The notes under the pieces are model-generated. The model had not been told where the DNA came from, made no database searches, and was given only the letters and a program-made list of their open reading frames with translations. The position numbers and the translations under genes were made by a program. From an uncultured Anaerolineales bacterium (lineage in GTDB: Bacteria; Chloroflexota; Anaerolineae; CG2-30-64-16), in NCBI GenBank assembly GCA_964551735.1, contig CAZKEF010000001.1, forward strand, positions 118,167 to 182,166: a stretch of DNA of 64,000 bases, given 5' to 3'. How positions within the stretch are numbered: position 1 is the stretch's first letter; the number at the start of each line of letters is the position of its first letter. Below, one piece after another: positions 26,260-33,669 of this stretch.

Positions 26260-26448
26260 ATGTGTCTGATGGACAAGTCAAAGATGTCGGTGATCTTGCT
26301 GGCTGCGCTCGGAGTTCTCGTCGTGTTGTCCGCTGTGGGCAAGGCCCTCATCGCGAGGGAATGGTGGACCTTCCTGTTCGTGCTGTCCGCCATGGCGTTC
26401 GCTGTAGCGCTGGTTCTGTTCGTGGCTCGGAAAGTCCTGCGCGCGTAG
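26260..26448 (+). CDS. hypothetical 2-TM small membrane protein (62 aa)
   Basis: AAGGAGAAAGG RBS directly before ATG 26260, with two hydrophobic helices. Confidence 0.5.
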   Translation: MCLMDKSKMSVILLAALGVLVVLSAVGKALIAREWWTFLFVLSAMAFAVALVLFVARKVLRA

Positions 26449-26464
26449 AAAGGAACGGTGTGAC

Positions 26465-27388
26465 ATGACAACGCCACAAATCGGAAGACTCTCGGATCAG
26501 ATCCGCAGTGAAGCGCCGGTGACCTCCACGAAGGCAAAGCTGCTGGCTCTCCTTGAGGTTTCGCTGGTGTTCGCCCTGATAGTGACCTTGCTCAAGGCTC
26601 TGCGCGCAACGGCCATCGTGGGGTGGGAGAATCAGCATCTCGGCTGGTCCTACACCGGGATGCTGATCCTGGCGGGCATCCCGCTCCTGGCCGCCTGGCT
26701 GACGCGGCGGCGCTGGGCGGAGTACGGGGTCTCCCTGGCGAACTGGCCGACCAACCTCGACATCGGCCTGAAGGCCTTCCTGGTCGCGCTGATCCCGATG
26801 GTGTTGGGTGTGGGGGTCGCGATGCAGGTGGGGTGGGATTACAGGCGGATCAACGGCGGTGTTTTCGCCGCGCTGATGGAGGTTGTCGCCCTAGCGCTGA
26901 TGATCTGGCTCCTGAACCGTCAGAAGCGGGTCGCGTCCGGCCGCAGGAACCTGATCTCCATCCTCGTGCTGCTGCTGCTCCCGATCGGCGTGGCGCTGGC
27001 CCTGGGCAAGCTGAGCGCGGTGCTCGCCTCAACGGTCGTCTGGCAGTTCGTCTTTTCGGGGTTCGGGGAGGAGTTTGCCTTCCGCGGCTACTTCCAGTCG
27101 CGGCTGAACCAGGCCTTCGGCCGGCCGCTGCGGCTGTTCGGTATCCAGTTCGGCGTTGGCCTGTTCATCGCCTCCCTGCTGTTCGGGCTCTTGCATGCGT
27201 TCAACACGTTCGATCCCACAGTCGGATGGTCATCCTTTGCATGGGGTTGGGGGCTCTGGACGTTCGCAGGCGGGCTGTTCTTCGGTGCGATCCGCGAAAA
27301 GACCGGTTCGCTGGTCGCACCGGGCATCGCCCACGGCTTGCCGGATGCGGTCGGCGAGGCGTTGATGAAGGTTTTCGGCTGGATGTGA
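26465..27388 (+). CDS. CPBP-family intramembrane metalloprotease
   Basis: Motifs GFGEEFAFRGYFQ, LFGLLHAFN and GIAHGLPDA. Confidence 0.85.
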   Translation: MTTPQIGRLSDQIRSEAPVTSTKAKLLALLEVSLVFALIVTLLKALRATAIVGWENQHLGWSYTGMLILAGIPLLAAWLTRRRWAEYGVSLANWPTNLDIGLKAFLVALIPMVLGVGVAMQVGWDYRRINGGVFAALMEVVALALMIWLLNRQKRVASGRRNLISILVLLLLPIGVALALGKLSAVLASTVVWQFVFSGFGEEFAFRGYFQSRLNQAFGRPLRLFGIQFGVGLFIASLLFGLLHAFNTFDPTVGWSSFAWGWGLWTFAGGLFFGAIREKTGSLVAPGIAHGLPDAVGEALMKVFGWM

Positions 27389-27503
27389 CAGCGCTGGAGC
27401 TCAGATCTCGGTGGGGCTTGAGCTTGACATCCCACGCGGCGCCGTTATACTGCCTCCACAACTCGGCCGGACCAGCCGCTGGCCGTGGAGGGTGATAACA
27501 GGG

Positions 27504-28400
27504 ATGAGCAGGGAACCGATCTGGGCGCCCGGCGCGACGCCCCCGCCGCCGGGCCAGCGCGTGCTGCTGGCGGTCTTCGCGCACCCCGACGACGAATCGT
27601 TCGGGCCGGGCGGCACGCTGGCGCGCTACGCCGCGGAGGGCGTGACGGTGTGGCTGGTCTGCGGCACCGATGGCGACGCCGGGACCGTGGACGCCGCAAA
27701 GCTGGAAGGCTATGCCAGCACGAGCCAACTGCGCGCGGCCGAGTTGTGCTGCGCGGCGCAGACGTTGGGGCTGGCCGGGGTGGACTGGCTGGGCTATCGC
27801 GACAGCGGCATGGCCGGCGCGCCGGAGAACCAGCACCCCGACAGCCTGGTGCAGGCGCCGCTGGATCAGCTCGTCGGCCAGCTCGTGGCCTCGATCCGCC
27901 GCCACCGGCCGCAGGTGATCCTCTGCGACAACCGGCACGGCGGCTACGGCCACCCCGACCACATCAAGCTGCACCAGGCGACCATGCTGGCGGTCGCGGC
28001 CGCGGCCGACCCGGCGCGTTACCTCGCGGCCGGCACGGCGCACCGCGTCGAAGCGGTGTACCATCCCGCGTTCACCGCCGGGCTGCTGAAGGTGATCGTG
28101 CGCCTGATGCCGCTCTTCGGCCGCGACCCGCGGCGCTTTGGCCGCAACCACGACATTGACCTGCTGCAGGTGATCAGTTGGGAGGCGCCCGTCCACGCGC
28201 GGATTGACATCAGCCACCACCTGGAGGTCAAACAGCGGGCGTCGGCCTGCCACGAAAGCCAGGCCGGGCCGGGCGGCATGTTCCGCTGGCTGCCGAAGTT
28301 CATTTTACGGCGCATGAACAGCACCGAGAGCTTCACGCAGGCGATCCCTGCGCCGGGGAAGGGGGTGCGGCGGGAGTTGTTTTTGGAGGCAGGGGCATAA
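27504..28400 (+). CDS. PIG-L/LmbE-family deacetylase, copy B
   Basis: Same motifs as copy A. The offset between copies is exactly 17,253 bp with no indels. Confidence 0.9.
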   Translation: MSREPIWAPGATPPPPGQRVLLAVFAHPDDESFGPGGTLARYAAEGVTVWLVCGTDGDAGTVDAAKLEGYASTSQLRAAELCCAAQTLGLAGVDWLGYRDSGMAGAPENQHPDSLVQAPLDQLVGQLVASIRRHRPQVILCDNRHGGYGHPDHIKLHQATMLAVAAAADPARYLAAGTAHRVEAVYHPAFTAGLLKVIVRLMPLFGRDPRRFGRNHDIDLLQVISWEAPVHARIDISHHLEVKQRASACHESQAGPGGMFRWLPKFILRRMNSTESFTQAIPAPGKGVRRELFLEAGA

Positions 28401-28462
28401 TCGGCGGGACTCTTTCGCTTGGCAGAAGGCGCGCACCTGACTACCCACTCGTCCAATCCCCG

Positions 28463-28505
28463 AACTCCCCAGTTGGCCGATGCCGCCGGGGAGTTTTCGT
28501 TGTAT
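28463..28505 (+). terminator. hairpin plus T-rich tail, identical to 11210..11252
   Basis: Same sequence as in copy A. It lies 60 nt upstream of the next gene start (28565). Confidence 0.45.
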
Positions 28506-28564
28506 GGTGGCAGGTGGGGGTTGCAGGCGCTCTGCCCGAGAACCAACGCCCAAAGAAGGTAGTG

Positions 28565-30247
28565 ATGAAACACCGTGTGATGAACCGCAACGTGGTTGCA
28601 GCCATGCTGATCCTGCTGCTGTTCCAGTGCAGCGCGGTGCAGGCCGCCACGGACGTTGGCGGTGAAGAAACACCTTCGCGCTGCACAGTGTTCACCGTGT
28701 CGAAGGGCGGTCAGGTCTTCTTCGGCGGCAACGACGACTACATCAACCGCGACAGCTACTACTGGGTTGATCGGGGCAGCGCACAGAGCTATGGCGCCAT
28801 CTGGATCGGCACGCCCGACAACGTGCAGCAGGGGGTCAACGAGAAGGGCCTGGCCTACGATGCCAATGGCCTGCCGCGCGTGGATGTCAATCCCCACCGC
28901 GAGCGGGCCCCGGTTGCTGGCGACTACAGCAGCTACCCCATCCACATCCTGCACGAGTGCGCCACCGTCGAGGAAGTGATCGCCTGGGTCAACACGCACC
29001 AGTGGCACGCCTACATGCACGATCAGATGCAGTTCGCCGATGCCACCGGCGACGCGGTGATCATCAGCGCGGGCGCCGACGGCGAGGTGGCCTTCACCCG
29101 CAAGCCCCAGGGTGACGGCTACCTGGTCTCCACCAATTTCAACGTCGCCAACCCCGCCAACAGCTATGGCTACCCCTGCCCGCGCTACCAGACGGCGCAG
29201 AAGCGGCTGGGCAGGCTGGTGGATCGGGCGGGTGAGCTGACCGCCCAAGACGCCGTCAGTGTGCTGGATGCCGTCCATGTGGAGGGCGCCAGTTGGACCA
29301 TCGAATCGCTGGTCGCCGACCTGCCCAATGGGATCGTATACCTCTACTACTTCCATCAGTTCGACAGGCCGGTAGTTTTGAACGTGGCGGAGGAGATCGC
29401 CAGGGGGCGCGCCGGCGGGCCGTTGAGCGCGTTGTTCCCCGAGGACGTGCGGCAGGAGGCAGCGCGGCGCTACCAGCGCATCCAGTCTGGAAGAAACGAG
29501 TGGCAGACGTTAGGTCAGGCCTGGCTTGGCCTGGTGCTGGCCAGCCTGATCGTGCTGATCATCGGTTGGATCAAGAAGCGCAAGGGAATGATTTTCTGGA
29601 TCCCGGTCATGGCCATCTTCGGCCCGTTGGGCCTGCTGATCTGGCTGATCGCCGGACGCGGGCAGAGCACCGGCAACGGGCGGGCAGCCCTGGTGGAAGC
29701 CGCGGGGGATGTGGCCCCGACCGTCGTAGCGTTCATCGTGGCAGCGGTCGGGCTCGTACTGGTCCCGGCAGCCCTGGCCTCGCAGACTCTACAGCTCCTA
29801 CTGTTCTTCGGCTTGCCGCCCCTCGTCGGACTGTTCGTGTTCCAGGGACCGCTGCTGGCTATCGCCGCAAGGAGAGGCTATCCCCGCACGCTCCTTCAAC
29901 GGCTGCCGCATACCTGGATCGCTGCCAACCTGGGGATGGCGGGGATCTTCGCGCCGGCGATACTGTTGGCAAACCTGAGCGCACAACTGCCACTGCCGCC
30001 CTGGATCGTGGTGGCCTGGTGGGGATGCACCGTCGTGAGCTCGCTGGCGGCGCTACTTCTGCTCCTGCTCTACGAAAGCTGGTGCCTGCGCCGCGGCTAT
30101 CGGGCGTGGAGCGTCCTGGCCTGGGGGGAGGGTGAGGTCGCCTCGGGCCCGTGGCGCAAGCTGTGGTGGTGGGTCCTGCTGAGCTACGCCGCTTTGATCG
30201 GTGGCGTGGTTCTTAATGGGGTCATCCAACAGATGCTTCAGGGGTGA
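28565..30247 (+). CDS. Ntn-hydrolase (choloylglycine hydrolase / linear amide C-N hydrolase-like) fused to a C-terminal polytopic membrane domain
   Basis: A signal peptide is followed by ..SRCTVFTVSKGGQVFFGGNDDY (nucleophile Cys plus a GRNxDW-like motif). The last 240 aa or so contain about 7 TM segments. Confidence 0.7.
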   Translation: MKHRVMNRNVVAAMLILLLFQCSAVQAATDVGGEETPSRCTVFTVSKGGQVFFGGNDDYINRDSYYWVDRGSAQSYGAIWIGTPDNVQQGVNEKGLAYDANGLPRVDVNPHRERAPVAGDYSSYPIHILHECATVEEVIAWVNTHQWHAYMHDQMQFADATGDAVIISAGADGEVAFTRKPQGDGYLVSTNFNVANPANSYGYPCPRYQTAQKRLGRLVDRAGELTAQDAVSVLDAVHVEGASWTIESLVADLPNGIVYLYYFHQFDRPVVLNVAEEIARGRAGGPLSALFPEDVRQEAARRYQRIQSGRNEWQTLGQAWLGLVLASLIVLIIGWIKKRKGMIFWIPVMAIFGPLGLLIWLIAGRGQSTGNGRAALVEAAGDVAPTVVAFIVAAVGLVLVPAALASQTLQLLLFFGLPPLVGLFVFQGPLLAIAARRGYPRTLLQRLPHTWIAANLGMAGIFAPAILLANLSAQLPLPPWIVVAWWGCTVVSSLAALLLLLLYESWCLRRGYRAWSVLAWGEGEVASGPWRKLWWWVLLSYAALIGGVVLNGVIQQMLQG

Positions 30248-30263
30248 AGCATGTCTCACCACC

Positions 30264-30863
30264 TCAGTCTTCCGAGCCGGGTCGAGACAGCGGGACGCGC
30301 CGATAGAGGCCACCCTCCCGCTGCATGAAGCCGTGCTCGATCATGCCCCGGCGCAGGGTGGCCACGTCGTCGTGGAACTCGACCAGAATCTGGTTGACCT
30401 CGCGCTCGGCATAGGTCCGGTCAGGCTCGAACTCCTGAACCAGCCTCTCCAGGACGATCTGCCGCTTCTTGAGCTGTGCAGGAATGTTGATCAGGCGGCC
30501 GCGGCGGAGGAAGGTGTCCAGGACCTTCTGGCGATAGGCATCCTCTGCCACCTGGGCGGTCAGGCCCGGCTGCGGCAGCGCGATCAGCTCCCCCAACGTC
30601 CGGCGCGCCAGGTCGCCAGACGGCGAGTAGGTCTGGTAGTACTGGTCTCGCTCTGAGCTGAGCAGGCCGGCGCTGCTTAACTTGGCCAGGTGGTGCGAGA
30701 TGGTCGCCGGGCTGAGCTGCAAGATGGCCGCCAACTCTTCCACGTGCCGGGGCTTGTTGCCGATCAGGTTCATGATCAGCAGCCGGGCCGGGTGCCCCAA
30801 CGCCTTGAACAGCTCAGCCCGGGCTTCGAGATCCTGTTCGGGCCTGCTCTCATGCGGCTTCAT
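30264..30863 (-). CDS. ArsR/SmtB-family HTH regulator with a DUF2087-like C-terminal domain
   Basis: ELFKALGHPARLLIMNLIGNKPRHVEELAAILQLSPATISHHLAKLSSAGLL. AGGAGG RBS before ATG 30863 (alternative start 30905). Confidence 0.8.
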   Translation of the reverse strand: MKPHESRPEQDLEARAELFKALGHPARLLIMNLIGNKPRHVEELAAILQLSPATISHHLAKLSSAGLLSSERDQYYQTYSPSGDLARRTLGELIALPQPGLTAQVAEDAYRQKVLDTFLRRGRLINIPAQLKKRQIVLERLVQEFEPDRTYAEREVNQILVEFHDDVATLRRGMIEHGFMQREGGLYRRVPLSRPGSED

Positions 30864-31125
30864 GCCAGGGCCTCCTGCCGATGACGCGACAGTAGCAGTG
30901 CTCAAAGATCGAGCGTGCGTGGGCCATCGTCTCCTTCTTGATCTGGGTCGCGATCAGTTGCTGGCGATCCTGCAGCGCCCGGGTGAGCGCGATCTCCGCT
31001 CCGGCATGGCCAATAATGAAGCTGGTGATGCAGTCGAAAGCCTGGGTTAACTTCTCCAGGTCGGATAGGTCTGAGGCAAGGATGCGTTCCACCTCATGGG
31101 AGCAATCGGTGTCAAACTCGGTCAT
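30850..31125 (-). CDS. hypothetical Cys/His-rich small helical protein (91 aa)
   Basis: Strong AGGAGGA RBS. First gene behind a consensus promoter. Contains C8, H10, C32, H40 and the H75-C76-x-C78 cluster. No family recognised. Confidence 0.55.
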   Translation of the reverse strand: MTEFDTDCSHEVERILASDLSDLEKLTQAFDCITSFIIGHAGAEIALTRALQDRQQLIATQIKKETMAHARSIFEHCYCRVIGRRPWHEAA

Positions 31126-31146
31126 GTCTTCCTCCTGTCTGTCAGT

Positions 31147-31204
31147 GATTCGATGGTAATCGAGTCGTGTTTTTAGTTTTGATTCGATATTTATCTAAAT
31201 AGAT
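31147..31204. promoter_or_regulatory. candidate operator cluster in the leader of the ArsR operon
   Basis: GATTCGAT occurs at 31147 and 31181. Inverted partner ATCGAGTC at 31159..31166. Palindrome ATCTA-aa-TAGAT at 31193..31204, immediately downstream of the -10. Confidence 0.35.
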
Positions 31205-31231
31205 TATAAGAAGCTATTTGGCATCTGTCAA
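31203..31231 (-). promoter_or_regulatory. consensus sigma70 promoter TTGACA-17-TATAAT
   Basis: On the minus strand, TTGACA is the reverse complement of 31226..31231 and TATAAT of 31203..31208, with a 17-nt spacer. It lies in the most AT-rich stretch of the window. Confidence 0.7.
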
Positions 31232-31262
31232 ATTCTGTGAGCGCGTTCTCATGGGACGTAAC

Positions 31263-31293
31263 AGCGCCTGGCGTCTCACAGACGCCAGGCGCT
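31263..31293 (-). terminator. perfect 13-bp stem hairpin 9 nt after the stop of the GyrI-like gene
   Basis: AGCGCCTGGCGTC-tcaca-GACGCCAGGCGCT. There is no clear U-tract. Confidence 0.5.
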
Positions 31294-31301
31294 TGCCATT
31301 C

Positions 31302-31769
31302 CTACTCAGCGATCGGCGCGTACAGATCCAGCAGCAGCTCTTCATCCGACGCGACGAATCCCGTGTTCAGGTTCTCCTCCAGCCATTGATGACATGCCTG
31401 CTTGTAGCGGCTGTCGGCCAGCCATTGCACCAGCCGGCCCCAGGTGGGGCCGATGTTTTCAACCCCCTGGCAGCGCGTCACCGCGTACAGGCCGCCGCCG
31501 AATTCCAGGACGGGGACTTCATCGGTTGCCTCCACCTCCGGGCCGACGGTGATCCAGAATTCGTAGCCATAGTTCGGGCTGCCGGGTGAAGGGTTCGGGT
31601 TGTTAAAACCGAAGATGCGATGCTGCGCCGGGTCGGCCAGGTAGCCGCGTGGCCCGGCCCAGGCAGCCAGCTTTTGCGCGGCCAGGTGCTCCGGGTTCGG
31701 CCCGAAGCCGTGAAAACTGGCAACGCGCAGCGGTTCGAGTTGCACGATGCGGACGGTGAGATCGGACAT
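31302..31769 (-). CDS. GyrI-like small-molecule-binding domain protein
   Basis: VRIVQLEPLRVASFHGFG...YEFWITVGPEV...GGLYAVTRC.. is typical of GyrI-like/effector-binding domains. AAAGGAG RBS. Confidence 0.75.
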   Translation of the reverse strand: MSDLTVRIVQLEPLRVASFHGFGPNPEHLAAQKLAAWAGPRGYLADPAQHRIFGFNNPNPSPGSPNYGYEFWITVGPEVEATDEVPVLEFGGGLYAVTRCQGVENIGPTWGRLVQWLADSRYKQACHQWLEENLNTGFVASDEELLLDLYAPIAE

Positions 31770-31785
31770 GGTGAGGACTCCTTTC

Positions 31786-31813
31786 GGTGATGCGTGATGC
31801 GTGGTGCGTGATT
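31786..31813 (-). repeat. heptad tract (ACGCAnC)x3-4 in the leader of the GyrI-like gene
   Basis: On the plus strand, CGT occurs at 31793, 31800 and 31807. The sense strand reads ..TCACGCACCACGCATCACGCATCACCGAAAGGAG..ATG. Confidence 0.7.
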
Positions 31814-31868
31814 TTCAGGGGCATAGCCGCTCTGGAAGTCACACTTCACGTTATCACGTGACGCCCAC

Positions 31869-31877
31869 ATCCTACCA
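31869..31877 (-). promoter_or_regulatory. extended -10 element TGGTAGGAT (for the GyrI-like gene)
   Basis: Reverse complement of ATCCTACCA at 31869..31877. Confidence 0.4.
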
Positions 31878-31884
31878 CTCCTAT

Positions 31885-31903
31885 CCTGACATCTCTTGTC
31901 AGG
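31885..31903. promoter_or_regulatory. 7-5-7 palindrome CCTGACA-tctct-TGTCAGG, candidate YafY/WYL operator
   Basis: Perfect inverted repeat between the two divergent extended -10 elements. Confidence 0.45.
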
Positions 31904-31910
31904 GTTTTTG

Positions 31911-31919
31911 TGGTAGAAT
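31911..31919 (+). promoter_or_regulatory. extended -10 element TGGTAGAAT (for the yafY-like gene)
   Basis: TGn plus TAGAAT, 130 nt upstream of ATG 32049. Confidence 0.45.
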
Positions 31920-31934
31920 CGCGATCGTGACGCT

Positions 31935-31995
31935 GGAATCGAGGCTTTAGCCGGTCTCGCCCATTGCCAGAGAGACCGGCTGAAGCCTCCATTCC
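31935..31995. repeat. R1 hairpin repeat, copy a
   Basis: GGAATCGAGGCTTTAGCCGGTCTC pairs with GAGACCGGCTGAAGCCTCCATTCC around a 13-nt loop. Related copies lie at 38174..38234 and 36093..36128. Confidence 0.75.
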
Positions 31996-32048
31996 TGAGG
32001 TCAATCCGAAACGATTATCCACATCCAGATCGTCTCAAAGGAGACTTC

Positions 32049-33050
32049 ATGCGTGCCGATCGGCTCTTAGCTGTATTGCTTCTGCTGCAAGCCCGTGGGC
32101 GGCTGACCGCACCGCAACTGGCGCGCGAGCTGGAGGTCTCCGAGCGCACCATCTACCGCGACATTGATGCGCTGAGCGCCGCGGGCGTGCCGGTCTACGG
32201 CGAGACGGGACCGAGGGGCGGCTACAGCCTGCTGGACAGCTATCGCACGACCCTGACCGGCCTGACCGAGGGGGAGGTGCAGGCGCTCTTCATGCTCAAC
32301 ATCCCCCGGCCGCTGGCCGACCTGGGGGTAGGGCACGACCTGGGCGCCGCGCTGCGTAAGTTGGCGGCCAGCCTGCCCGGCGCGCGCCGCGAGGATGAAC
32401 ACCGCGTGCGCCAGCGCTTCCTGCTGGACACGGTCGGTTGGGACCAGGTTGAGACACTGGCGCCGCACCTGGCTACGGTGCATCGCGCTGTGTGGGAGGA
32501 TCGGCGGCTCCACATCGCCTACCGCATCGGCCCATTGGCCGCCCACTTCGAGCAGACGGTTGAACCCTATGGATTGGTTGCGAAGGCGGGCGATTGGCAC
32601 CTGGTCTACGCGGTCAACCTTCAAGGGGGGCTGCGCACGGGTGTGCCCCGTGTCGTGCGCGTGGCTGCGCTGCTCGACGCCCGGCTGGCGGACGAGACCT
32701 TCACGAGGCCTGCGGACTTCGATCTGGCGGCCTTTTGGGGGGAGTGGCTGGCGGCGCGGGCGGCGAGCCAGGCGCGCTATGTGGTCGCCCTACGCGTCGC
32801 GCCGCATTTCGTGGCCGAGCTGCCCCGCTATCTCGGCGACGCGGCCCGGGCGCAGATCGCCCAGGCCGGCCCGGCCGATGCGCAGGGTTGGCTGACGCTG
32901 CAACTGCCCTTCGAGTCGCTGGAGGCCGCGCGGGCGCGCCTCCTGGGCTTCGGCGCCGCGGTCGAGGTGTTGGCGCCCAGTGCTCTGCGGCGCAGCATCG
33001 CGGATTACGCGGAGCAGATCAGGGCGTTGTATGCGGCAGCACTGGGGTAA
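32049..33050 (+). CDS. YafY-family transcriptional regulator (HTH plus WYL domain)
   Basis: MRADRLLAVLLLLQARGRLTAPQLARELEVSERTIYRDIDALSAAGVPVYGETGPRGGYSL. WYL-like ..DWHLVY.. region. AAAGGAG RBS. Confidence 0.88.
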   Translation: MRADRLLAVLLLLQARGRLTAPQLARELEVSERTIYRDIDALSAAGVPVYGETGPRGGYSLLDSYRTTLTGLTEGEVQALFMLNIPRPLADLGVGHDLGAALRKLAASLPGARREDEHRVRQRFLLDTVGWDQVETLAPHLATVHRAVWEDRRLHIAYRIGPLAAHFEQTVEPYGLVAKAGDWHLVYAVNLQGGLRTGVPRVVRVAALLDARLADETFTRPADFDLAAFWGEWLAARAASQARYVVALRVAPHFVAELPRYLGDAARAQIAQAGPADAQGWLTLQLPFESLEAARARLLGFGAAVEVLAPSALRRSIADYAEQIRALYAAALG

Positions 33051-33468
33051 TCTCACCATCCCCTGCGGGCACGCCGAACTCATAAACAACATCCGCGAAC
33101 GAGTCAACGGCAAACGCGTAGAGCATCCGCAGGCCCGCGCTGCCAGCGTGGCGCGTGCCGTGCCAGGTGTTGCCGGGGATGAACACCGTGGCGCCGGGTC
33201 GCACCGGGTAATCCACACCCGCGACGGTGACGATCCCCTGGCCCGCCAGGATGTAGTACACCTCCGGTGCGGCGTGGCGGTGGTGGACAAACAGGTCGCC
33301 TGCCTGCGACGGCGCTACCTCGGCGATGCCCACTGTCAGGCCGGACGTGGGTGTGCGATCGCCGCTCAGCAGCGTGCGCCAGACGACCTTGCCCACGCCG
33401 GGCACGTCCCAGCCCTCCAGCTCGCAAGCCTCTTCCTGCACCATGAAAGGTTCTGGATCGCCCACCAT
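33019..33468 (-). CDS. cupin-domain protein
   Basis: Cupin motifs HHRHAAPEVYYILAGQG...GATVFIPGNTWHG. Confidence 0.8.
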   Translation of the reverse strand: MVGDPEPFMVQEEACELEGWDVPGVGKVVWRTLLSGDRTPTSGLTVGIAEVAPSQAGDLFVHHRHAAPEVYYILAGQGIVTVAGVDYPVRPGATVFIPGNTWHGTRHAGSAGLRMLYAFAVDSFADVVYEFGVPAGDGEITPVLPHTTP

Positions 33469-33506
33469 TGCTCGCCTCTCAATCTATATCCTATCTTCAC
33501 AATTCA

Positions 33507-33661
33507 GCCAGCATCCCTTCGACTTCGCTCAGGGCAGGCTCTGAGCGGGTTTGCAGGCCAACCTCCTTGACGAATAGCAGCCAGTCGAAGGATGCTGGCG
33601 CCCGCTCCGCAAGTACCCTTCGACTCCGTACCTCCGCTCAGGGTGCTTGCTCCGCTTGCGG
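33507..33661. repeat. R3 REP-like element pair (CCCTTCGACT..CGCTCAGGG units)
   Basis: Stem 33507..33524 pairs with 33583..33599 (GCCAGCATCCCTTCGACT / AGTCGAAGGATGCTGGC). A second hairpin runs 33607..33661 (CCGCAAG...CTTGCGG). The CCCTTCGACT unit occurs twice. Confidence 0.65.
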
Positions 33662-33669
33662 CTGAATAG

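Larger units (their letters stand above)
27501..28505 (+). repeat. 1,005-bp direct duplication, copy B
   Basis: See copy A. Confidence 0.95.

Noticed and set aside
10248-28505. Interpreting the 1-kb duplication as an IS element, composite transposon or integron cassette
   Set aside because: The repeat encodes only a PIG-L deacetylase. There is no transposase or integrase, no terminal inverted repeats and no target duplication. The tail hairpin does not resemble an attC site with conserved R/L boxes as far as I can judge.
28019-29356. 445-aa minus-strand ORF spanning the PIG-L copy B tail and the Ntn hydrolase gene
   Set aside because: It is antisense to two recognisable genes and crosses an intergenic repeat. 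It has a low-complexity translation.
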